Shown piece after piece: positions 38,519 to 48,169 of a DNA stretch of 64,000 nucleotides (the stretch's first letter is position 1; every line of letters begins with the position of its first letter). The DNA lies in contig CBDANS010000006.1 in NCBI GenBank assembly GCA_965197745.1, forward strand, positions 585,721 to 649,720, read 5' to 3'. This DNA is from Opitutales bacterium. GTDB taxonomy: Bacteria > Verrucomicrobiota > Verrucomicrobiia > Opitutales > PNEW01. Both the position numbers and the translations under genes were made by a program. A model generated the notes under the pieces. That model made no database searches. It saw only the letters and a list, made by a program, of their open reading frames with translations, and was not told where the DNA came from.

Positions 38519-38953
38519 TTATCTCAAATCCTTCTTCAAAAAATGCTTGGTCACTCCGTCTGGAAAACCAGAAACCACTCCCATCGTTTCGTATCCATAT
38601 TTGGAATAAAACGCGGGTGATTGAAAACTGTAAGAATTGGTACAGACACTAAAACATCCTTTATTTATCGCTATGCGTTCAAGCTCAGCGAGCAATTTAG
38701 ATCCCAGGCCTTTACCCTGTTCTTCTCTATCTACCCAGAGGAATTCCAACTCGAGACCTGCACCCCAGAGCCAGCCGACAATACCTGCGATGATGGAGCC
38801 ATCTTCTTTTTTTATCGTCAACACTATGTCCTCACCATCCGCAATTGATGATTGGGAAACGTTCCAGCTTCCGAGGCCGTTTCTTATTTGTGAAATAATA
38901 TTATCAACATTCTCGGTTTCTCTGTGTATGGGGTGATCCATCGTATTGTTCAT
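38519..38953 (-). CDS. GNAT N-acetyltransferase
   Basis: EQGKGLGSKLL motif. 144 aa. Confidence 0.8.
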   Translation of the reverse strand: MNNTMDHPIHRETENVDNIISQIRNGLGSWNVSQSSIADGEDIVLTIKKEDGSIIAGIVGWLWGAGLELEFLWVDREEQGKGLGSKLLAELERIAINKGCFSVCTNSYSFQSPAFYSKYGYETMGVVSGFPDGVTKHFLKKDLR

Positions 38954-39039
38954 TGTTTCATTTCCATAGTGGTTGTTTTTTTAAACTATATCGCCAAACA
39001 ACATCTAATGATAAAACTCTCAATCCTCTTTTTAGTATA

Positions 39040-39723
39040 TTAATTAAAAGCATCGTATACGGGAAGTTCAAAGTCAGATGGAAGCCACAGTGAATGCAAT
39101 CGATCAAGAATTTGTCTTGCAGCTTCACCCAAAGCCTGCATTTCACCACTCTGTTCAGTAGCTTTTAAGTATGATTCAAGCCATGCGACAAGCTGTTGTC
39201 GCAGTGTAGATGGGCCACGCTGATGATCGTTTTCAAGTGCGACTCTCAATCGCACAATAACATGAAAAATATGCCAATGGGAAAATGCTTCCACCATTGA
39301 TCTGTTGAAGATCTCATCGTCGGCAATATTTGGGCAATATTCAGATAACTGATCACGATATGCCTGATCCATGCTTGTTACCACATCACCGGGCACGCCT
39401 TTCATACAACCCCAGGTCATCCGCGCGGGTAATCCTTCCCGAAGACAGTGACGGAAGCCACCGCAATCAAAGTCGAACATCCTGAATTTACCTCCTTTTC
39501 GGATCATGCCACCCAATCCGTTCTGATCTCCTTGAGACAATGCGAGGAAGGTATTTGGGTATTCTTCGATCGTGTGGGTGACACGGGCAATCTCGTCGTC
39601 AATTCCACTTGGTGGATCGAATCCCAATTCACGGCACCTTTCGCGATACTTTACAATGACATTTTCAAGCTCTCCCGATTCGATTTTCTTGCAGCGGGCA
39701 TCGTCCCAGGGGTGAGTATTGAT
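39040..39723 (-). pseudogene. 5'-truncated kinase-like (APH-fold, atypical SQGD loop) gene abutting IS3
   Basis: The frame is open up to the IS3 boundary (..INTHPWDDARCKKIESGELENVIVKYRERCRELGFDPP..). Only the C-lobe is present (LSQGDQNG..., MFDFDCGG). No N-lobe is found on the other side of the IS. Confidence 0.6.
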
Positions 39724-40106
39724 TGGACCCCGTTTTTCGTACCAATTATTAAGTGAGAGAGTTCCCGGGTATTAATGGTTTTAGGATTGATGTATATGAG
39801 AGATCTTGGCGAAGTGAGGGCGTAGCCCGAACGCGGCCAAGATCTGAAAGGAATGTGACAAACTCTTGTGGGCTTTTAAAGCCTAAACGACTGTGGGGAT
39901 GATCATGGTTATAGGTCTGGCGCCATTGTTCGATTACAACTTGTGCTTCAGCCACGCTGAGCAACACTTCACGGTTCAAACACTCATCGCGTAAGCGGTT
40001 GTGAAACGACTCGATGAAACCGTTTTGCCAGGGACTGCCCGGATCGATATATATCGCCTTGATCTTTTTGTCGGACAACGACTGCTGCACTTGATGAGCA
40101 ATGAAT

Positions 40107-40138
40107 GGCTTCGCATGTCGTCGCTTCGCTCCTCGGAA
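40107..40138 (-). repeat. 32-nt insertion in IS3 orfB derived from the long-hairpin-element arm
   Basis: The coding strand reads GGCAGTG[TTCCGAGGAGCGAAGCGACGACATGCGAAGCC]ATTCATT. Removing it (and restoring one A) gives SDNGSEFIAHQ. On the plus strand, GTCGCTTCGCTCCTCGGAA matches the arm GTCGCAACGCTCCTCGCAA. Confidence 0.7.
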
Positions 40139-40266
40139 CACTGCCGTTGTCACTACGGATATAGCTGGGAGCTCCCTCCTTTTCAATGGCCTCGCTAAGC
40201 ACAGAGAGGACATCCGATGAGGGGAGTTCACGAGCGACCCGGATATCCAGACATTCACGCGTATAT

Positions 40267-40309
40267 GTCTTCGCTTCGCTTGAGTGTCGTCGCTTTCAGC
40301 TCCTCGGTA
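40267..40309 (-). repeat. 43-nt insertion in IS3 orfB, same family as 40107-40138
   Basis: The coding strand reads CTGATCGATG[TACCGAGGAGCTGAAAGCGACGACACTCAAGCGAAGCGAAGAC]ATATACG. It shares CCGAGGAGC..AAGCGACGACA..GCGAAGC with the 32-nt insert and carries an in-frame TGA. Confidence 0.7.
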
Positions 40310-40738
40310 CATCGATCAGAGTCATCATCTTTAATGGACCGCCATGGTCTGTGCGATCATGGACAAAGTCCCAGGACCAAAGGTGATTGCGACCGGTTGC
40401 TTTAGTAGGCGACCCCGTAGAGACCCCTTGACGGTGTCTACGCTTTTTAGGTGGCTTTACCTGCAACCCTTCTGAACGTCGTACCGCCTGAACAAACTTC
40501 CTGTTTGTTGTCCAGCCTTCCTTTACGAGCAAGGCACGGATGCGCCGGTAACCGTAGCAGGGATGTTCCCAGGACAGGGTTACAATCCGCTCGGCCAACC
40601 GCTGAGCTTTCTTACTGGCCTGCTTGGGCTGGTAGCTGAAAGTTGACCAACTGAGGCTGAGGTAGGAACAAGCCCTTCGCAACGAGCACAGCCCTCTCTC
40701 AGCCGCATCTTTTACTACTCGCTTCTTCTGCTTGGGGC

Positions 40739-41005
40739 TCACCACTTTTTTGACAGCGTTTCCTCCATTACCTGATTCTTAAGCATTTGATCAGCGAGCA
40801 TCTTCTTCAACTCGGTGTTTTCTTTTTCCAGCTCTTTAAATCGCTTCGCATCGGCTAGTTCCAAATTGCCATACTTTTTACCCCAGCGATAGAAGGTCTG
40901 TTCACTCACGTTGTTGCCTCGGCAGATTTCCTCTACCGTTTTTCCGGTATCGGCTTGCCGCAGTATTGCGATGATCTGTTCTGTTGTGTATCTTTTTCTT
41001 TTCAT
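40739..41005 (-). CDS. IS3 OrfA (HTH transposase subunit)
   Basis: MKRKRYTTEQIIAILRQADTGKTVEEICRGNNVSEQTFYRWGKKYG plus a leucine-zipper-like tail. Confidence 0.85.
   Translation of the reverse strand: MKRKRYTTEQIIAILRQADTGKTVEEICRGNNVSEQTFYRWGKKYGNLELADAKRFKELEKENTELKKMLADQMLKNQVMEETLSKKW
40745..40751 (-). promoter_or_regulatory. Programmed -1 ribosomal frameshift heptamer A AAA AAG at the orfA/orfB overlap
   Basis: The minus strand reads TCA AAA AAG TGG TGA. The -1 frame continues KKVVSPKQKK (orfB). Confidence 0.7.
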
Positions 41006-41134
41006 GAGGTTATCTGTTTATCCCGATAACCTCTCTCTGTTAATGATACCATTTTTGGGGGTCACTCCATCCTAGGCAACGGCCCTAACTATTTTGATTC
41101 GGCCTTATTTAATGTCCATCCGACGTATGGAAAA

Positions 41135-41560
41135 TTGAATGGAGGTTGGAGGCATTTGGCCAAAGGAAATCTTCACCTCGCCAAGGAAAAGTTTATAAAG
41201 TTATCGGCGAAATCACCGAGTAGCGGACTACCGAATGTAGGAATCAGCCTTGCATCGGCCTTAAGCGAAGACTACATGACCGCGGCATACGCGTTACGCC
41301 GGGCGTTCGCTTTGGACCCTGTAGGCGCGAGCGATCTACCATCGCGACCAGATCTAAGGAGGAAGGTCCGTGAGCTAACTAATCATTATCGTGAGATTGT
41401 AAACAATGAAGATAATAAAGACGTCGATGCGATATTCATGTATGCAGCGTTGAGTCATTTATTGAATGATTTCGAGTCGGCGCAAGCCGCAGTTCAAGAT
41501 GCGATAGCTCGCGGAGATAATTCAACAGGTGCTGAAAATTTGAAAAAGCTTTTGGTATAA
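41135..41560 (+). CDS. Hypothetical TPR-like helical protein (possibly a fragment)
   Basis: 141-aa ORF with a TTG start lying between IS3 and IS4, followed by a canonical terminator. Confidence 0.4.
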   Translation: MNGGWRHLAKGNLHLAKEKFIKLSAKSPSSGLPNVGISLASALSEDYMTAAYALRRAFALDPVGASDLPSRPDLRRKVRELTNHYREIVNNEDNKDVDAIFMYAALSHLLNDFESAQAAVQDAIARGDNSTGAENLKKLLV

Positions 41561-41596
41561 CGCAGTATAGGTTATAGTAGTTAGTAAACTCAGATA

Positions 41597-41629
41597 AAAG
41601 AGCTGCCTTTGTAAGAGCAGCTCTTTTTA
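41597..41629 (+). terminator. Rho-independent terminator
   Basis: AAAGAGCTGC-cttTGTAAGA-GCAGCTCTTTTT: 8-10 bp GC-containing stem followed by a T5 run, 37 nt after the stop at 41560. Confidence 0.7.
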
Positions 41630-41701
41630 ATTTAACTACACCGTTAACTCAGAGTTGAAAGGCAACAGCCTTTGAAACATTAAAAATATGAGGCCTGACC
41701 C

Positions 41702-43274
41702 GAATGGCGTTAAGATAAGGGATAGAATGAGTGCAATAGATGCTTGTACAGGGACCGTTGGAGAGCTACCCTAACGAGCATGCAAAAACAAAACTTAACT
41801 CGTTATTTTCCAGGATTTAATCAGGTCCTGTTCGGTCGTGCTCCCCGAACAGCCCTTGCACAGATGGAGGGTAAGCTGGTAGAAATACGGCGGTCAAGTC
41901 TTTCCGAGCTATCGGATATCTTCGGGCAGTGGGTGCCGCAAAAGTATTTACACCGGAAGCCTCGAGGGGCTAACAGCCGGCGGAGATTGTTCAGCCAAAA
42001 CGTGACCTTCTGGGCATTTTTGTTCCAAGTGCTCTCACCACGGACTGCCTGCCGGGAAGTGGTGCGCAAGCTCCAGAGCTATTGCAGCATGAAGGGGCTG
42101 AAGTTGGCTAAAGGAACGGCCTCGGCCTACTGTCAGGCGAGGCAACGGCTGTTGGTGCAAGACCTGCACGGGATCCATGAAGCGATCAGTGAAGAGGTGG
42201 CCGGGAGAGTGACCGACGATCAACGGTGGAAAGGTCACGAGGTAAAAGTGGTCGACGGTACGGGTATCGCCACCGCCGATACGCCGTGCTTGCAGAGGTG
42301 TTACCCACAGCCTTCGCAGCAACGAAGCGGCTGCGGCTTTCCGGTGATGAAGCTGGTGGGCTGTTTTTCTTTAGCCAGTGGGGCGCTTTTACACTGGATG
42401 GAGTCCTCACTAAGGCATCATGACAGTGTGCTGTTGCGGGGCATGATCGGATTTTTTCAAAAGGGTGATGTGGTCCTTGCCGACCGGGGATTTTGCTCTT
42501 ACCTCAATATTGCCCTGCTTAAAGGCCGCGGTGCTGAAGCGGTCATGCGTTTGCATCAGCAACGAAGAAGCGACTTTCGTCAGGGCAGGTCCTTGGGTAG
42601 GTATGACCGGCTGATCATGTGGAAGAAGCCGCAAAATGTCTTCGGCTTCAGTCGCGAGCAGTGGCGGCAAATCCCTGATGAGATCCCCGTACGGCTGGTG
42701 AAGATTTTCATTTTCATCAAAGGTTTCCGCGCCCATAGCGTAGACCTCGTGACTACCTTGAGCGATCCTCACCAATACTCCCACCACGATCTCGGAGAAT
42801 TATACTATCGGCGCTGGGCAGTGGAGCTTTACTTTCGCCACATCAAAACCACCATGGGGATGGAGATCCTGCGCTCTCGCTCGGTCGCTCTCGTGCGCAA
42901 AGAGATTGCGATGTTTGCCATCGCCTACAATCTCTCATCCGCGCTCTTTTGCAGCAAGCTGCCAGTGCCTTCCACCGCGACCTCTCCCGGCTAAGCTTCA
43001 AGGGGGCTGTTGACACCCTCCGCCAATATCAAAGTGCGCTCGCGGCCACCCGGTTTAATCCCAGAGCCCAACGATCTGTCATTGACGAGATGATACACCT
43101 CATTGCCCTCGAATCGGTCCCCCTACGTCCCTTCCGATACGAACCAAGAGTCCTCAAACGTAGACCTATACCTTTCCAACGATTGACTCATCCACGAGCC
43201 ATGATGACCGTCTCTGCTTCACGAAAAAACAAAGGCTTTTATCATCCTAAACCACCCTTATCTTAACGCCATTC
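41702..43274 (+). mobile_element. IS4-family insertion sequence with 11-bp target-site duplication
   Basis: 20-bp terminal IRs: GAATGGCGTTAAGATAAGGG (41702-41721) and its complement (43255-43274). Flanking direct repeat AGGCCTGACCC at 41691-41701 and 43275-43285. Confidence 0.85.
41744..43266 (+). pseudogene. IS4 DDE transposase, frameshifted near the C-terminus
   Basis: VVDGTGIATADT, VLADRGFCSY, YYRRWAVELYFRHIKTTMGME. The frame switches at ~42931-42936 (AATCTCTCATCC) from ..IAYNL to IRALLQQAASAFHRDLSRLSFKGAVDTLRQY... (ORF 42949..43266). Confidence 0.75.
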
Positions 43275-43300
43275 AGGCCTGACCCTTTATGCTCTGTCCT

Positions 43301-44176
43301 TCAAACAGCGGTGAGCACCGTATTTAATTGTTTTGTGAGATAGGGAGACACCTTCCCCACTTGACTCACCGATTTCAGCAAAGGGAACGTACTTCCTCCC
43401 CAGTCTCCGTTACGGTCAAACACTTGTCTCCCCATGACAACCCCTGATTCATCGATAAAGCCTTTAAGCCGCGCAAGCCCTTCCTTAATTACTTTCTCAG
43501 GCAGGGTTTTTCCCCTTCGCTTGGACCACTCAACAAGATAATATAAACCCCGCAATATATCGTACTCGAAAAAGCGCGGAAAGAACGGTTTCAGCCATTC
43601 CTTGTTGATGACCCTTCCCTCATTCCTGGAGCATACCAGACGATGTTCAATCAGGTAGCGCGCGCCTTCCTCCAGGAATTTCGCTTCGGCATCGGTGTAG
43701 GCGCGATTTGTATTGAAGAGAATGGCTTCCATTGGAGGCAGTGTAGATACAATCGAGCTCTTTCGCGAATTCCCGTAGGCTGAAGGGGTACAATTCAACC
43801 CTCCATCCGGAAGCTGGTGTTTTAGAAACCATTCCCGCATCCAGGGAAGCTCACCATCGACATCACAGCCACAGGCCGAAAGCATCATGTAAAAAACCCC
43901 CAATTCACAGTGACAACAGTCCATCTTAGTCTTATCGGCTTTGCTCTTCGGTGCATCATCATCTGTAATCACGAACTTTGGCCAGGCCCCCTCTTTAAGC
44001 ATCGCTAAAGCTTTCTTAGCAACCGGTTCAGGGATTTGCTCGGTTTCCCCCATTTCGTAAAGAGTTACCATGTGCCACCACGGCCCTACCCATTTCCTTC
44101 TACTCCGGTTGTCCGGCAATGAAAACGTATCCGTTGCCGTGAGTAATTCCATTGAATGCTCGATCGTGTTTGTCAT
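43301..44176 (-). CDS. Hypothetical protein (possible alpha/alpha-toroid, prenyltransferase-like repeats)
   Basis: 291-aa ORF. Only weak QLPDGGLN-type motifs are present. Confidence 0.4.
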   Translation of the reverse strand: MTNTIEHSMELLTATDTFSLPDNRSRRKWVGPWWHMVTLYEMGETEQIPEPVAKKALAMLKEGAWPKFVITDDDAPKSKADKTKMDCCHCELGVFYMMLSACGCDVDGELPWMREWFLKHQLPDGGLNCTPSAYGNSRKSSIVSTLPPMEAILFNTNRAYTDAEAKFLEEGARYLIEHRLVCSRNEGRVINKEWLKPFFPRFFEYDILRGLYYLVEWSKRRGKTLPEKVIKEGLARLKGFIDESGVVMGRQVFDRNGDWGGSTFPLLKSVSQVGKVSPYLTKQLNTVLTAV

Positions 44177-44257
44177 TCCTCGAAATTAAAACGGCTTTTG
44201 CGAGCGAGTCAAAAAGTTTTGTACCCCGTGGGGGCAGGAGCGAATTAGTCTATAAAT

Positions 44258-45359
44258 TCACTGTCTTTTTCGACCAATGGATTTCATGAATTCCATGCAC
44301 TCAAAGTTCTGAAAGTCTCTCATCACATTTCTGAACTTTGGTTTCCAATAGGTTTCAGGCGCTCCATAGGATTGGTCCCAGACAGGGACAAAGAGTAGAA
44401 AGCATAGCATTAGTCTGTAGTCATCCATTAAATTATCAAGCGAGTATGCGTCGGTTCTACTCGAATCCAGGAAAGAGTAATATCTTTTGAGCGAGGCAAC
44501 GGTGTCTGGATGGTTAACGGGTGGGAAAAACGAAAGCAGATAACCTAAATCAAATGTGGGAAAGTTCGCCGACACTTCCTGGAAGTCTACGAGCATGGCT
44601 ATAGTGTTATCGAGCCCTCTTGGAAAGAGGAACTGTCCAATATAGCAATCCCCCTGTGAAAGCGTGATATTCTCCTTATCAGATATTCTCTCTGCCAGGT
44701 AATGCTTCCACAGCGGGGGAAGGAGACTCAAAGATTCTTCGAGTATCTCAATATCCGTACTGGAGTAATGGTCTCCAGCCTGGGACTTGAAAATCTGATA
44801 CTCTTTTTTTCTCTTTGTTATGTGTCTCTGGTATGAAGGTTCGCCACTATACTCCCACCGCATGGGAAATGATGCGTACGAAGAGCCAATACTTGAAGAT
44901 TCCCACCAGTAGGACTGAAATTCGGCCAGTGCCTTCAGGATACTGTCCCAGGCTCGCGGTTCGACAGGGTGCCTCCCCCTTGATATTGAGCGCATAGTCT
45001 ACGGCTGCTTGATGTGTATCTGAAACATCCTGGAGCAAGAGCGCGGTAATCCCCGTCTCCTGATCATATTTTGCGAAGTAGCAGGTAGGGACCATTTCCA
45101 GAATAGTGGCAGGTTTACTGACAACGGAGTAAAATTGAAATTCAAATGAACCATCATGCTCTTTGTTTCTCTTAAAAACCAGTTTCTCAGGAGCATGGGT
45201 GTCGCTCTTGTTCCTGTAGTGAACGGTGATAAAATAAACTTCGGAATTAAAAGCATCGTTTCGCACACTATCAACAGAATCAATTGCGCCCATTTGTAGC
45301 GCTTCTTCTATAGCGGAAGCCATATCTGAAGGGTCAAGATCTGCTTGTGTCAGATTCAT
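44258..45359 (-). pseudogene. APH-fold kinase-like gene (atypical SQGD loop) with a homopolymer frameshift
   Basis: N-lobe in ORF 44847..45359 (..LLLQDVSDTHQAAVDYALNIKG). C-lobe in ORF 44258..44995 (RHPVEPRAWDSILKALAEFQ..LSQGDCYIGQFLF..LVDFQEV). The switch is in the G5 run (plus-strand CCCCC at 44975-44979); G4 restores the frame. Confidence 0.7.
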
Positions 45360-45410
45360 TACTTTTCCGGAGGTAAAAGTAAGGCATTATCTCCACTGCC
45401 CTGTTGAACC

Positions 45411-46157
45411 TTATTCGGTGATCTCAATCCAGTTGTATATAATACCACTCCCATATCCCAGTTTCCTTGCTAAATATTCTGAAGCAGCATCCTCAGTATC
45501 CCAGTGAGGCTCAATTCCTTTTCCCAGGTAATATAAAATTATACGAGCACCAAGGGCAGTTCCAATGCCACGATTTTGGAAATCTTGAATTGTGTCTATT
45601 TGAAATTGGATCGCAGTCTTCGAATTTATTGCGGTGGCAACACCTCCTACGAGTCGATTCTGGTGAAGCGCGCAAAAACCAATGCCTTTTTCAAGGAATT
45701 CTCCATAAAATGTAAGGTTTGGTGAAACCTCCTTACCTATTCTTTCTTTTTCATCCTTTTCTATTTTTTTGATTTCTACTCCTTCAGGTAATTCTTCAAT
45801 GACCTTTCTTAAATTTTCCTCATCTAATTTCCGATGATCAAATGTTTTTCTACTGCGAACAATTTAGAGCCCCTTGTAAACAACTTTGACTTTTTTTTCC
45901 CAGGATGAATTGCCCATAAAAATGTCGTCCTTTTGAGCTCCTGAAATGATATCAAGTGCGGCATCAGATTCTGAATTTCCACCCATTATATTAAATGGAC
46001 CAATCTTCAATCGAGCAACAGAAGGGTTTGTGTCGATGTCGACATAAGCTTTTCCCTGGAATCCCTGTAATACGGATTCTACAAACGATTTGTAAGGGAT
46101 GTCTTCAGCAAATAAGTTTCTGAGGTACCCAAGACTCTTTCTATTTATTTCTTTCAT
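45411..46157 (-). pseudogene. Two-domain GNAT acetyltransferase interrupted by an in-frame TAA
   Basis: ORF 45864..46157 ends ..VVYKGL*. The same frame continues IVRSRKTFDHRKLDEENL...QNRGIGTALGARIILYYLGKGIEPHWDTEDAASEYLARKLGY to the stop at 45411-45413, with no start codon of its own. The TAA is at 45864-45866. Confidence 0.7.
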
Positions 46158-46280
46158 TAATCATTGGGGAGGGTTTAAAGTGAGCAATAAAAAATAGAGT
46201 CAAAACTGTTCGGTCGCTGTCTGCGCCCCTTCAGGGCGCGATTTTCATTTTTCTTTTTCCAGGGGTTATCACCCCTGGCT

Positions 46281-46304
46281 AAAAACCTTCACCCCTTTGG
46301 GGTG
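46281..46304 (-). terminator. Likely rho-independent terminator downstream of the AlkD-like gene (first of three tandem GC hairpins)
   Basis: The minus strand reads CACCCC-AAA-GGGGTG followed by AAGGTTTTT. Further hairpins lie at 46259-46278 (CCAGGGG/CCCCTGG) and 46223-46239 (GCGCCC/GGGCGC). Confidence 0.5.
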
Positions 46305-46509
46305 GATATAGCTATTCAAAAAATTCTGATTTTATACCCCCACTTACTGGTTACTGATCACTATACTATTCAATCGACTATCTTCATTTGGCAATCGATA
46401 TCACCTCATCGGTGCTATGATAAAAGAAATGCCCATTCGTAACGCATTTATTGTTTCTCCCCTCCGGGGCCAATCAAATAAATTGCTCACTCCTCAGGCA
46501 TTGAGGTCT

Positions 46510-47187
46510 TTAATAATTTTTCTTACCGGTTATCAGCTTCCTCTTTACTTCGCGTTTTACCCGCGCGGAAGTCACCGATTCGTTGTCAGCGAGGAATTGT
46601 TTAACGGCCTTCCGATCCCACGAAACAAGCATACGTAGGGCCCAGCTGATGGCCTTCTGGACCATTACGCTTTTATCTGAAACTAGTATCTGACAGATCA
46701 TTAAAGTACGAGCGCTGTCCCCGTTCCCACCCCTTGACTTGGTGTTGAGGGGGATGGTTGCGACAACCGCAGCTCTCCTCCACCACTGATCTTTAGATCG
46801 GCTCCAGCATCGAATGTTTCCATCCGACAGCTGACCATTTTGCCAGGCCTGTCCCACCAGGGTGCAGCAGAAAAAATCGACCCACCCCCAGTTATCGATA
46901 CCGGCCCCAAGGGTTTCAATTCGTTTGATAGTCAGCGATTCACGGGCTTCGCGATGACCGGCGATTAACTCGTAGGCGACGTTCCTGCACACTGCGAGCT
47001 TGAGCTTCAACAGCGCCAAGCCAAGCTTACATATAAATTCACCGCTTTCGTCCTTGAGCTTCGACTTATATATTCGCACGACCCTATGACGGTCTTTTGT
47101 GTATAGCCGTGACCTACGGCTGAATTGACGAAGCGTTTCTCGAATCTCTTTCGCGGTTTTATTAATTTTTAAGGAATCGGTGGTCAC
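46510..47187 (-). CDS. DNA alkylation repair (AlkD-like HEAT-repeat) protein
   Basis: ..WWRRAAVVATIPLN.. and ..DKSVMVQKAISWALR.. patterns. 225 aa. Confidence 0.6.
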   Translation of the reverse strand: MTTDSLKINKTAKEIRETLRQFSRRSRLYTKDRHRVVRIYKSKLKDESGEFICKLGLALLKLKLAVCRNVAYELIAGHREARESLTIKRIETLGAGIDNWGWVDFFCCTLVGQAWQNGQLSDGNIRCWSRSKDQWWRRAAVVATIPLNTKSRGGNGDSARTLMICQILVSDKSVMVQKAISWALRMLVSWDRKAVKQFLADNESVTSARVKREVKRKLITGKKNY

Positions 47188-47253
47188 AGAATAATTTATA
47201 AACGGGTCTCATTTTCAAGGTCAATGGTGTCGACTCGCTGTCTAGCGAATCCC

Positions 47254-48054
47254 CTATTTGTGCGTCTCATCAAGGCACGGCTTTCCCCATAAAACTTGCG
47301 TTTTTACCTGGTATCTTAACAAACCATCTTCAACAAAGGGTAGAAGAATTTTCTCCATTTTATGGTCAAATTCTTTTTCTTTGATTTTTCCCATGCCTTC
47401 TACTGAAAGAGACGCTCTCGAGTGTTCCGCATTTATGAATTGGTCCAGGGATTGATTGAAATTGTAAGGTCCCATTGTGCGATTCCCTGTAAGCTTAAAG
47501 CAACCCGAGTTCTCTAAAGCTTTTAGCGCATCAAATGGCACATAATCCTTATATGTTGAATACTCAGCAATCAGGTCATTCCGGAATTTTCCCCATGGGA
47601 CATTGCAGGGGCCATCTCCATCCATAATCACCAGGGAACCCGTTGGATGAAGCGCATCTTTGAATTTTTGAAAAACCAGATTCAAGTCCATCCAATGCAA
47701 ACTGGCTCCGATGACAATCAGGCCATAGGGTGGATTGAGCAGGGCTTCTTCAATTTTAGCGTGGATCCAGCAAATTTTAGGGTTGTCGCCACTTGGCAAT
47801 GTTCTTCCCAGTCGGATCATTTCTTCCGAAAAATCAACGGCATCGATACGATCAGCTTTTCCTGTTAATAGTCGAGCAATTTTACCTGGACCACTTCCCG
47901 CATCGAGTACCGATTTCGCATGCTCAGGGATTTTCTCTATTAAAAAATCCATTATCTCTTGATCGTAAGGGGGTCGAAACCCATACCGTTCCACAACACT
48001 TTTAGATTTGAAGCGAATTGCGTGCTCATGATCTACCGTGTTTACAATAGACAT
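47254..48054 (-). CDS. Class I SAM-dependent methyltransferase
   Basis: Motif I VLDAGSGPGKI and IDAVDFSEEMI. Confidence 0.8.
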   Translation of the reverse strand: MSIVNTVDHEHAIRFKSKSVVERYGFRPPYDQEIMDFLIEKIPEHAKSVLDAGSGPGKIARLLTGKADRIDAVDFSEEMIRLGRTLPSGDNPKICWIHAKIEEALLNPPYGLIVIGASLHWMDLNLVFQKFKDALHPTGSLVIMDGDGPCNVPWGKFRNDLIAEYSTYKDYVPFDALKALENSGCFKLTGNRTMGPYNFNQSLDQFINAEHSRASLSVEGMGKIKEKEFDHKMEKILLPFVEDGLLRYQVKTQVLWGKPCLDETHK

Positions 48055-48169
48055 GAACTGCTAATCTCTCGTATCACTGACCGTTAAAAGCAGATCGTGT
48101 AATAAACGACGCTTTTCAATGTCCAAGCGAATATGAATATCAGGTGCCTTATATTTTTCAGTCATAAGA

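Larger units (their letters stand above)
39749..40751 (-). pseudogene. IS3 OrfB (DDE integrase core) disrupted by two short insertions
   Basis: Three frames must be joined: ..WSWDFVHDRTDHGGPLKMMTLID | (E)YTRECLDIRVARELPSSDVLSVLSEAIEKEGAPSYIRSDNGS | (E)FIAHQVQQSLSDKKIKAIYIDPGSPWQNGFIESFHNRLRDECLN... Confidence 0.8.
39724..41064 (-). mobile_element. Degenerate IS3-family insertion sequence
   Basis: Imperfect terminal IRs: TGGACCCCGTTTTTCGTACCAATTATTAAGTGAGAGAG (39724-) versus the complement of ...CCTCTCTCTGTTAATGATACCATTTTTGGGGGTCA (-41064). orfA/orfB arrangement with an A6G slippery site. orfB is interrupted twice. No matching 3-4 bp TSD at the inferred ends (GAT vs CTC). Confidence 0.8.
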
